From IMG/VR virus record IMGVR_UViG_3300028734_000012, positions 96,001 through 160,000 of that record: a stretch of 64,000 nucleotides of DNA; one strand, given 5' to 3'. The position numbers and the translations under genes were made by a program. Shown here piece after piece: positions 42,244-49,884 of this stretch; positions within the stretch are counted from its first letter, which is position 1; every line of letters starts with the position of its first letter. Source of the DNA: a virus. Below the pieces are notes generated by a model. It was not told the origin of the DNA, made no database searches, and saw only the letters and a program-made list of their open reading frames with translations.

Positions 42244-42821
42244 TTTACCGTTACCCATTCTTTTACGATGACTTTATGTTCTGGAATAATTTTTTCGTAT
42301 TCATTCTTTTTAACTTCATAAGGCTGAGAATAATATTCATTTTCTTGACATTCTGTAAGTCCACATTCCCATTCAACGCAAAAATACTTATCTAAAAGTT
42401 GAATATATGATGTTACAGAACGAGACCAACGTCTATCATCCCCCTCTTCTCTTTCAACCTCATAATCAACTAAATTACTAATTTCTCTTTCTGTGAGTTT
42501 TTCTTTATTGGTAATTTTTTTAATCATAATTTCTTCAAAGTGGGTATCATAATATTCTTCTTCTTGTTCTTTAGCTAATTTAGCTTTGGCTTTTTCTGCT
42601 TCTTCTTTTGCTTTAAGTTCTGCGCTTTCGATATCTTTTTGTTTTTGAGTAGGTAACTGTGCTATAATATAAGTGTTCATATCTCGCCATGTTTTAAATG
42701 AATCATTTAATGATTTAATTTTCCAATTAGTCTCAATCAATTCATTCCAATAATTATCCATATCTTCTTCTGTAAGATTCATGGATTTTAATAGCGCTTT
42801 GATTTCTGTTTTAGTAGCCAT
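42240..42821 (-). CDS. Hypothetical protein
   Basis: 193 aa, SD AAGGAG; C-terminal RW...W..GLTECQENEY..QPYEV motif. Confidence 0.6.
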   Translation of the reverse strand: MATKTEIKALLKSMNLTEEDMDNYWNELIETNWKIKSLNDSFKTWRDMNTYIIAQLPTQKQKDIESAELKAKEEAEKAKAKLAKEQEEEYYDTHFEEIMIKKITNKEKLTEREISNLVDYEVEREEGDDRRWSRSVTSYIQLLDKYFCVEWECGLTECQENEYYSQPYEVKKNEYEKIIPEHKVIVKEWVTVK

Positions 42822-42831
42822 TTATTTCTCC

Positions 42832-43677
42832 TTATTTCTTTTTAAAAAGATTAATGAACCAATTAGCAATTTTTAGAATAAAGTTCATAAAGCCATTCGT
42901 GACTGGCACAATAATATCTTCCTTTGGCTCACCAGTAGAACCCCATGCTTCATCAATTGGGTAAGTATAAGGTAATATAGCTTGGTCTTTTACACCCCAG
43001 TTAAGACCCCAACTATTAGAAATTAACCAACCAGTTTCATTCCATCCGTAAATTGTTAATGCGTGATTCCCTGCTAAATCAGAACCTTTTTCAATAACCG
43101 CTTGTACAGAACCATCTGCATTTATTATCACACTAAATCCATTGTCATTATACCACGGGACACCGATGCCTACATACCCATAGTTCATGATTGCCGATTT
43201 AATTTCATCTGGTGTAGTAACTTGGAAATATGTAAGAATTTTATTAGAAGAAGCTAAAGCATTTAACTTATCCACTCCAACTTCTTGTAATTTATCGGTA
43301 AGTTCTGGAACTTCAAGATTATAATCAAAGTCTTCATTGAAAACATCCCCAACAGTTTGTAGCGTTTTAAACATATCTCTTAGATACATTCCTTGCATAG
43401 TAAGGTCTGGTCTATTAGCATATAAAAACCCAACTGAAAATCTCTTAAACACACCGTTTCTAATCAAATACAGTTTTTCTCTTACATATCCACCCATATG
43501 AGGAACACATGAATTTATATTACTTTGGTCTTTATCCTCGTTCGGTTGCCCAATCGTATATGTTTTAGGAAATACTACGGTTTTTGCAACGCTTAGTTTA
43601 TAATCTCTTGTATCTACCTTTGGTTTTAAAGCACCTAACTCACCAGTAAACATTTGAGGTTTATTTACATTATCCAT
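42832..43677 (-). CDS. Papain-like C1 cysteine peptidase
   Basis: DQ...NSC (oxyanion Gln, catalytic Cys), GNHALTIYGW (His), SNSWG (Asn); amphipathic C-terminus. Confidence 0.85.
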   Translation of the reverse strand: MDNVNKPQMFTGELGALKPKVDTRDYKLSVAKTVVFPKTYTIGQPNEDKDQSNINSCVPHMGGYVREKLYLIRNGVFKRFSVGFLYANRPDLTMQGMYLRDMFKTLQTVGDVFNEDFDYNLEVPELTDKLQEVGVDKLNALASSNKILTYFQVTTPDEIKSAIMNYGYVGIGVPWYNDNGFSVIINADGSVQAVIEKGSDLAGNHALTIYGWNETGWLISNSWGLNWGVKDQAILPYTYPIDEAWGSTGEPKEDIIVPVTNGFMNFILKIANWFINLFKKK

Positions 43678-43691
43678 ATTTTATCTCCTTT

Positions 43692-43973
43692 TTATATTTC
43701 ATTTCTCATTCTTATACCTAATATACTTCTCATGACTGATTCTTTAACCATTTTATAATGAGTATAATCTGGAAAAATATTTTCTGATTCTTTTTCTCTT
43801 ATTGCTTGTAAAGCCCTTGCTACATCAACCATTACTTCATTTACTGGTCTATAACTTTCTTCTGGATGCATCATAATATCTACACCAATATTTTGTAATT
43901 CTCTAGCAACATTATCAATATTTTTCTGTCTATAATCTTCTTTGCTAATATCGTCATAATTCAAATTATTCAC
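43692..43973 (-). CDS. Hypothetical protein
   Basis: 93-aa ORF, GTG start. Confidence 0.5.
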   Translation of the reverse strand: MNNLNYDDISKEDYRQKNIDNVARELQNIGVDIMMHPEESYRPVNEVMVDVARALQAIREKESENIFPDYTHYKMVKESVMRSILGIRMRNEI

Positions 43974-43992
43974 CCCCTCTCATTAAGACTGA

Positions 43993-44040
43993 CCACAATA
44001 TATAGTGGTGTCACCTAACGACAACCACAACATGTAGACC
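43993..44040. promoter_or_regulatory. Tandem NrdR-box-like palindromes
   Basis: CCACAATATATAGTGG (43993-44008) and CCACAACATGTAGACC (44025-44040), 32 bp apart; match acaCwAtATaTwGtgt. Confidence 0.6.
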
Positions 44041-44175
44041 TAAACTGTGAATGAAATACGAATTTGATTTCACAGACAGCCTACAGTACCTCTAGTTTTA
44101 TCTGTGTGACCTCACAAGCCGTTTGTAGGGATTCGGAGTATAGTTTTAAGTCTGAAATTACGTAAGCTGATACGG

Positions 44176-44547
44176 TCATCTAATGCCAAGTTTAGATTTG
44201 AGTTCAATAATTTTTTTATTTATATCATTTTCTTCTTTATCTACTCTTCCTTCTTCTTCTGTATATTTAATGACTTCATCAATATATTTTCGGAATTTAA
44301 TTAATCCATCATGATTATACGCATCAATTAATTCATAAATACTTCTACCAAGACCATAACCATAATCGAGACCATAGTTAAGGTTATAGGCATCCTTATC
44401 TGGCTTCGGTACATTGATGCTTAATTCAGATTTTTGCTTTTGTAATGTTCTAATTTGCTCAATTAAATTACACTCTGGTAAATTCTGGTCTACTGAACAA
44501 ATATTTTGCTTAATTACTGGTTGTGTTTTATTTTTGTTCCAAAACAT
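44176..44547 (-). CDS. Hypothetical protein
   Basis: 123 aa, SD AAGGAG. Confidence 0.55.
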   Translation of the reverse strand: MFWNKNKTQPVIKQNICSVDQNLPECNLIEQIRTLQKQKSELSINVPKPDKDAYNLNYGLDYGYGLGRSIYELIDAYNHDGLIKFRKYIDEVIKYTEEEGRVDKEENDINKKIIELKSKLGIR

Positions 44548-44559
44548 TTTTGTTACTCC

Positions 44560-44919
44560 TTATAATTCAAATTCAAATTCTGTACCAATTAAATCTTTTA
44601 AACTATTGTTAATTTTATTAATTTCGTTTGTTCTTATCATATCTGCATCAGATATACTATATTCTGCTCTAACTCTATCAATAATATCTTTCATTATTTC
44701 TTCCTTATTTTTATTAGCTAAATATTGTAGACTTTTTTCAATACAATTATATTTACCAGTATCATTAAATATAAGCTTAATAATCAATGTACTACCTTTT
44801 ATATATTTATTAATAAAAGGTATTTTATGGTAAGTTTGTATTTCAGCGCCTAAATAATCATGAAATGGTCTTTCATAAGTGCCAACGTTAAATCCTGCAT
44901 TTAATATTTTAAATTTCAT
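44560..44919 (-). CDS. Hypothetical protein
   Basis: 119 aa; overlaps the upstream gene. Confidence 0.55.
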   Translation of the reverse strand: MKFKILNAGFNVGTYERPFHDYLGAEIQTYHKIPFINKYIKGSTLIIKLIFNDTGKYNCIEKSLQYLANKNKEEIMKDIIDRVRAEYSISDADMIRTNEINKINNSLKDLIGTEFEFEL

Positions 44920-45460
44920 TTTTCAATTCCTTCGGATTAATAATCACAATATTTTTGTTCATACCTTTAGCGTATTTTACACATTTTCCAGTACCGCCTT
45001 TAGTCCCATCCCAAACAGCAATAACAATATCTGATTTATTTACCATATATTCATTACGCTTTTGCATTTTTTCAATATAATAAATATCTTCTTTTTGACC
45101 ATCGACTTTGTATCCTTCTATCCTATCAACAAGGGTAAGGATATCTGCTTGATATAGTTGCGTTCTCCATTTTTGAAAATCTTGCTTATTCCATAGGATA
45201 TATTGTCTTTTAAATGGGACTGCAATTTCAGTTATAATATTTTTATAGGAACTCTTTAATTTATTACAAACATAAAATGCCATTTGGTCAACACCTAGCG
45301 CCCCACCACAAATGAAGTGAAATTCTTCTCCTTCATTTTCTTTAATTATTTTTGTTACGGTTGTTGTAATAGCAAGAATAACATCTTGATTTTTAGGTAT
45401 ATCCCAATTATAACCACCGAGTTTATTAGGTCTATGCCCTGTAAAACATATAGTAATCAT
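44909..45460 (-). CDS. SLOG superfamily YspA/DUF1273-like protein
   Basis: CFTGHRP, GGALGVDQ, MQKRNEYMV..SD..IAVWDG..GGT. Confidence 0.85.
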   Translation of the reverse strand: MITICFTGHRPNKLGGYNWDIPKNQDVILAITTTVTKIIKENEGEEFHFICGGALGVDQMAFYVCNKLKSSYKNIITEIAVPFKRQYILWNKQDFQKWRTQLYQADILTLVDRIEGYKVDGQKEDIYYIEKMQKRNEYMVNKSDIVIAVWDGTKGGTGKCVKYAKGMNKNIVIINPKELKNEI

Positions 45461-45999
45461 TTATTCTCCGCTATAGCTGTTAAAATATCTAAGACAATTG
45501 CATTTACTGAACTTTGAACCCCATCAATTGCTGTATATTCTATATTATATTTATTTAAAATATCAACTAATTCAACAGCTATTTCATCAGATTCTTGTTC
45601 TGTTTGATTCCTACCATTTGTGTCATATACTTTTTTGCGATTGATAAAGTAATTAAGATTGTTATATTGAGATAATTCATCGATAACTAAATTATCTAAT
45701 GTTCTTGACTTCTTACCGTATTTGTTATTATAAAGTACAGTAAGAATTAAAGGTCTATCAGTTACAATAACATCTACTTTGCCATTTACCCTAAATAATC
45801 TATGGTTCTGTTTAGCGAATATGTATAGTTCATCCTTAAAGGTCTCTTGCCTGTCTTCCCATACTAAGTCTTTAGCGAACTCTGTTACAAGTTCACAGCT
45901 AACTCCGAGCCATTTAAGGTGTGCAAACACATCTGCCATGATAGTGCTTTTACCAGATGATGGGCTTGCTATTAGATTAACTACTAATGTATTAGCCAT
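45457..45999 (-). CDS. NadR/Ttd14-like P-loop kinase (AAA_28)
   Basis: VNLIASPSSGKST, E.AK.LVWE, IVTDRP, GRNQ. Confidence 0.75.
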   Translation of the reverse strand: MANTLVVNLIASPSSGKSTIMADVFAHLKWLGVSCELVTEFAKDLVWEDRQETFKDELYIFAKQNHRLFRVNGKVDVIVTDRPLILTVLYNNKYGKKSRTLDNLVIDELSQYNNLNYFINRKKVYDTNGRNQTEQESDEIAVELVDILNKYNIEYTAIDGVQSSVNAIVLDILTAIAENK

Positions 46000-46014
46000 T
46001 AAATTCCCTCTTTC

Positions 46015-46452
46015 TTAAAAGCCACTTTCTTGCATAGTTGCATCAAATAAATTACATTCCAAATGAGTATCATCAATTGCTATAATTTTAAGAGAACGAT
46101 AATCCCATCTGCCGCAATAATCACCATTAAAATAAGAATTGTCACAATCAATAACTACTATTTTACTTTTTCTATTAAACGTACCATTTTTCTTTTTAGG
46201 GAAAGTTGAGATAAAGTCTACCATATTAACATTTTGTAATTTATTGACTTTAGCTATGACTTTATCTATGTTTTCAATATACTCTGATTGAGTTAAATAT
46301 ATTCTTGATAAATCATCAAATTCCCTATACCCAAGTTCTACAAATTCGTCTTCTTCATAATCTTCTTTAAGTTCATCCAAAGCCTTTAATATTTTGCTAA
46401 AATCATAGTCTATAGATAATTCATTTTTACCAATTGTTAATTTATCTTTCAT
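46015..46452 (-). CDS. Hypothetical protein
   Basis: 145 aa; PKKKNGTF motif. Confidence 0.55.
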   Translation of the reverse strand: MKDKLTIGKNELSIDYDFSKILKALDELKEDYEEDEFVELGYREFDDLSRIYLTQSEYIENIDKVIAKVNKLQNVNMVDFISTFPKKKNGTFNRKSKIVVIDCDNSYFNGDYCGRWDYRSLKIIAIDDTHLECNLFDATMQESGF

Positions 46453-47326
46453 TATTACACTCTTTCAATAATAATTTTTTACTAGTAAATCCTGCGGCTG
46501 AAAAATGTCCACCACCACCAAAAGATTCAGCAACTTTACTACAATCGACTGTCTTATCTGTTGAGAATAAGGAATAGGTGTACTGTGTGCCATCAAAAAC
46601 ATAAACAACCACAAATGGATATTGATTAATCTTATCTCCAAAAATCCAACTATTTGATTTTTTATTTATAACATAGCATTTATATCCTGCTAGTTCTGAT
46701 TCATATCCAAAATTAGATAAATAATATTCATTATCCGAATCTATATATTTTTTGATAATATTTCCATCGTGAATAATATCGTCCAAAATATTTGTGTGTC
46801 CAAATTTATCTTCTGATAATAACCTATCCCATATTGGATTAGATGGTGTCATATTAAGGCTTTCAATCCCTAACTTGAAATATGTGGTCATATCTCCATA
46901 TTTATAAATCCAACAATCATAATCAGAAACTAATTTAATATACATGGGACATTCTTCGAAACTTACGTTATATAAAAACATATAAGTTAATGCCGCACCA
47001 GATATCTTATCTTGGATTAAACCTTTGATATTATGTAAATTTTTATATTTTTTAATTAACTTTAGTGAAGATATATGGTGGTCACACCACACTATATTAG
47101 TAGTTCTATTTAGTATATTTTGGAATTGGTCTAAAGTTGGTTCTGTGAAAGAATAGTCTACTATGTATACCTTTTCATTATTAGATACAACATCTGGTAA
47201 TGGTTTAGTATAATCAACTTCAAAGAAATCTTTTTTAGAAAACGCATACCCATGTTTCTCTTCGTAATTTAAAACAACTGATGCCGCACAAATACCATCC
47301 ATATCATTATGATAAAAACATTTCAT
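46442..47326 (-). CDS. DHH/DHHA1 phosphoesterase
   Basis: HNDMDG, VDYS, WCDHH, SGA.L, D.D.W, GGGH..AAGF. Confidence 0.9.
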   Translation of the reverse strand: MKCFYHNDMDGICAASVVLNYEEKHGYAFSKKDFFEVDYTKPLPDVVSNNEKVYIVDYSFTEPTLDQFQNILNRTTNIVWCDHHISSLKLIKKYKNLHNIKGLIQDKISGAALTYMFLYNVSFEECPMYIKLVSDYDCWIYKYGDMTTYFKLGIESLNMTPSNPIWDRLLSEDKFGHTNILDDIIHDGNIIKKYIDSDNEYYLSNFGYESELAGYKCYVINKKSNSWIFGDKINQYPFVVVYVFDGTQYTYSLFSTDKTVDCSKVAESFGGGGHFSAAGFTSKKLLLKECNNER

Positions 47327-47339
47327 TAATTTATTCTCC

Positions 47340-47756
47340 TTATAATTTACATACTAAAATTTTACAATCCGTATCTTTAAACACATCTTCGATAATCTGC
47401 CTAACCATTCCCCATTGAAGCCTGTCTCTTGTGCAACCTAACTTGTAAATCGCTATTTTTTCAATCTTCTTTTCAATAATAATATCTCTCATCATTTCTA
47501 ATGATTTAGTCAGCGATTCATATGTAGGCTTATTCCAATACTTAGATTTTGTTACCAAATTAAATACTTTATTTACTAGAATACAATCTGGATATGTACG
47601 CTTACCATTTTGATGTAGGTATTGTCTTAGATGAAATCTTTTTTGGAACTCAACCGCTATTCCTGCCCCTAGTTCATAATCAGCAGAAATACAATGTGCT
47701 AGATAATATTCATTTGGAAGATTGAATAAATTATATTTTATTTCTTTAATTTTCAT
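47340..47756 (-). CDS. Macro domain protein (Poa1/TARG1-like ADP-ribose processing)
   Basis: AHCISAD..LGAGIA..F, FNLVTK, K.GC.RDRL.W. Confidence 0.85.
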   Translation of the reverse strand: MKIKEIKYNLFNLPNEYYLAHCISADYELGAGIAVEFQKRFHLRQYLHQNGKRTYPDCILVNKVFNLVTKSKYWNKPTYESLTKSLEMMRDIIIEKKIEKIAIYKLGCTRDRLQWGMVRQIIEDVFKDTDCKILVCKL

Positions 47757-47766
47757 TTTGTCCTTT

Positions 47767-47949
47767 CTAAACTGATTTAACTAATTCGTAATCATCAGCC
47801 GTATTTTCATTAATATAGTCTATCATACCTAAATATTTCAAATTATCCATACTAAATGTATTAACATTAACTTGATGAGTAATTTGATATTTAACTTTTG
47901 ACTTTTTATTTATAATGGTATCTCCAATTTTAATAATTTTATATTCCAT
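47767..47949 (-). CDS. Hypothetical protein
   Basis: 60 aa, SD AAGGAG. Confidence 0.5.
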   Translation of the reverse strand: MEYKIIKIGDTIINKKSKVKYQITHQVNVNTFSMDNLKYLGMIDYINENTADDYELVKSV

Positions 47950-47962
47950 TGTAATGTCTCCT

Positions 47963-48325
47963 TTAGAATATCATACAAACTAATATTTGTACAATGTGTA
48001 AACTCTGGTCAATGTAAAGTGAATGCCAATCTGAAATATTAAGTTTCTTATACCATCCTCTACATTTCCATGCATCAATTAACATATGACCAAATACTAA
48101 GAATGCTAGTTTTAATGGGATATATGCGAATCCAAAAATCATAAGACCAAATGTAATACCGATACCCCAAATTGCAGAATGGACAAATAGTATATAATTA
48201 CTCTTTGCCTTATAAGTTGCTAAAAATTCACTTTGAAGTGAATAATCCAATAATAGATTTATCCAATATAAAAAGATAAATATATAAAAAGGATTTTGTT
48301 TTATTTGTTCTAATAAAATATTCAT
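47963..48325 (-). CDS. DUF3307-like membrane protein
   Basis: DY.LQ..F.A..K, H..I, H..ID..K, DQ.LH. Confidence 0.75.
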   Translation of the reverse strand: MNILLEQIKQNPFYIFIFLYWINLLLDYSLQSEFLATYKAKSNYILFVHSAIWGIGITFGLMIFGFAYIPLKLAFLVFGHMLIDAWKCRGWYKKLNISDWHSLYIDQSLHIVQILVCMIF

Positions 48326-48356
48326 TTGTGTACTCCTTTATTTATTCCCTATATAT

Positions 48357-48385
48357 ATTATAGTATATTTTAATTGTTTTGTCAA
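48357..48385 (-). promoter_or_regulatory. Consensus SigA promoter (early)
   Basis: TTGACA-N17-TATAAT on the - strand. Confidence 0.85.
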
Positions 48386-48390
48386 GTAAA

Positions 48391-48780
48391 TTAGGAATTA
48401 AATTCTTTTATATTATATCCATAAGAATTAAGCCAATCGGCTACTAGATGACGATGGCAAAAATCTTCTGGTTTTTCGTAACAAATAAGGGCGATACTAT
48501 CATGGATATTCATATTGTAATATGAAGTATTTTTCATCAAATCTGCTAAATCTTTAAGTACTTTTTTATAATCTAGTTTATCTAATACTTCTGATTGGAA
48601 ATGTTCTATGTAAAAATCATTATCATGATTTTCTTTCCACTCCATAAAGAATTTATATTTAGGAGCAAGTTTCTTATATTCTAATCCATCCCATCCTTTA
48701 GGACTTTTACCACAAATTGCAATTGGAATAATGTTTGGTGTAAGATTCTTTATATTAGAAAAATAACTTGTATATATCAT
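48391..48780 (-). CDS. DUF488-like protein
   Basis: IYTSYF, LAP, L.CYEKP..FCHRHLVA.WL; start ATG 48780 (alternative 48792). Confidence 0.75.
   Translation of the reverse strand: MIYTSYFSNIKNLTPNIIPIAICGKSPKGWDGLEYKKLAPKYKFFMEWKENHDNDFYIEHFQSEVLDKLDYKKVLKDLADLMKNTSYYNMNIHDSIALICYEKPEDFCHRHLVADWLNSYGYNIKEFNS
48509..48526. repeat. 18-bp palindrome copy 3 (inside DUF488-like CDS)
   Basis: TTCATATT-GT-AATATGAA (reverse complement of copy 1). Confidence 0.7.
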
Positions 48781-48795
48781 TTTATACTCCATCCT

Positions 48796-48830
48796 AAAAA
48801 GGGCAAGCTAACAAAAGCTTACCCTTTTAA
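48796..48830 (-). terminator. Probable terminator after dUTPase
   Basis: AAAAGGGTAAGC..GCTTGCCCTTTTT on the - strand. Confidence 0.6.
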
Positions 48831-48836
48831 TATTAT

Positions 48837-49367
48837 TTATTTACCGCTACTACCTAACATTCCCATACCACGTTTTGATTCAATCTTTTTTAAATCTTCA
48901 TATGGAAGTTCTTCAATATTTGTTTTAGGTACTGGTAGTAGTAACGATTGGGTAATAGCTTTTTTATATGGATAAATTATTACATCATTTCCAAACTTTA
49001 ATTTTATTGATTCTATTTGTTCATTCTTTTCTTTTTCGTCTTCTTTAAATTTTAGAATAATAATAAAATTATTTGTGGTATTAGTAATAGGAACTTTCCA
49101 TTCGTTTCTAAATCCAGAATCAATTACTCCACAACGTTGTGCAATACCTTTTGTACCAGTTGAACCACGTTCTTTTAAAATCATAACATATTCATCTGAA
49201 AATGCAGATGCGATTCCTGTTTCAATCATGACTGTTGTATGAGGATTTATTACTAAATATTCTTGTGTAAAATTTGCATATATATCATATCCTGCATTTT
49301 CTATATCTTTATTTGGTATAACCCCATCACTTTTTACTTTTGAAAAATAAACTTTAATTTCACTCAT
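48837..49367 (-). CDS. dut: Trimeric dUTPase
   Basis: AGYD, ERGS, GVIDSGFR, Q, RGMGMLGSSG motifs; start ATG 49367. Confidence 0.9.
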   Translation of the reverse strand: MSEIKVYFSKVKSDGVIPNKDIENAGYDIYANFTQEYLVINPHTTVMIETGIASAFSDEYVMILKERGSTGTKGIAQRCGVIDSGFRNEWKVPITNTTNNFIIILKFKEDEKEKNEQIESIKLKFGNDVIIYPYKKAITQSLLLPVPKTNIEELPYEDLKKIESKRGMGMLGSSGK

Positions 49368-49383
49368 ATTAAAATCTCCTTTA

Positions 49384-49884
49384 TTATATATCATTTTTTA
49401 TAAATCTAGCGTTATTGATATCTCGTTTTCTTGGATTAATTAAATTATGTAGTCTCCTATGTTCTGACTTTGTTAATACTAATAAATTATTTACATCATT
49501 ATTTAATTTATTGAAATCTTTATGATGAACTTCATATTTTGGTAATAGATACTTAATGCCATTAATTTCTACACTATTTTCTTTATTTAATAAATATTTT
49601 TCTGCAACTAATCTATGCTCAAAAACAAAATCATCATCATTCTTAAATGGATGATTAGGACATCTAATAAGTTTATACCCATGACTAATTCGTTTATCAG
49701 ATTTCCATGATGTATTTAGATTTCCTTTTAACCCATATTGTGGATTATTTTTACCTTTAAATGTTTCTTTTTTATCTATTCCCATACATTTCCTTGAACA
49801 ATAATTATGTTTAGATATACGTGATGGTTTTCTATGAAATTTTTTATTACATATTTCACATTCACAATTCACTTCGCTTTTCAA
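49384..49884 (-). CDS. Free-standing HNH homing endonuclease
   Basis: Zn-finger N-terminus; EHRLV...VHHKDFNKLNN..NL......H..LH; TTGA overlap with the nrdJ stop. Confidence 0.85.
   Translation of the reverse strand: MKSEVNCECEICNKKFHRKPSRISKHNYCSRKCMGIDKKETFKGKNNPQYGLKGNLNTSWKSDKRISHGYKLIRCPNHPFKNDDDFVFEHRLVAEKYLLNKENSVEINGIKYLLPKYEVHHKDFNKLNNDVNNLLVLTKSEHRRLHNLINPRKRDINNARFIKNDI

Noticed and set aside
43981-44175. tRNA or known riboswitch in the GC-richer intergenic gap
   Set aside because: No cloverleaf, T-loop GTTC or recognisable riboswitch consensus; only hairpins and NrdR-like boxes.
44081-44179. 32-aa - strand ORF (MTVSAYVISDLKLYSESLQTACEVTQIKLEVL) with ATGA overlap
   Set aside because: No recognisable motif, atypical codon usage and overlap with hairpins; cannot be supported as coding, though not excluded.
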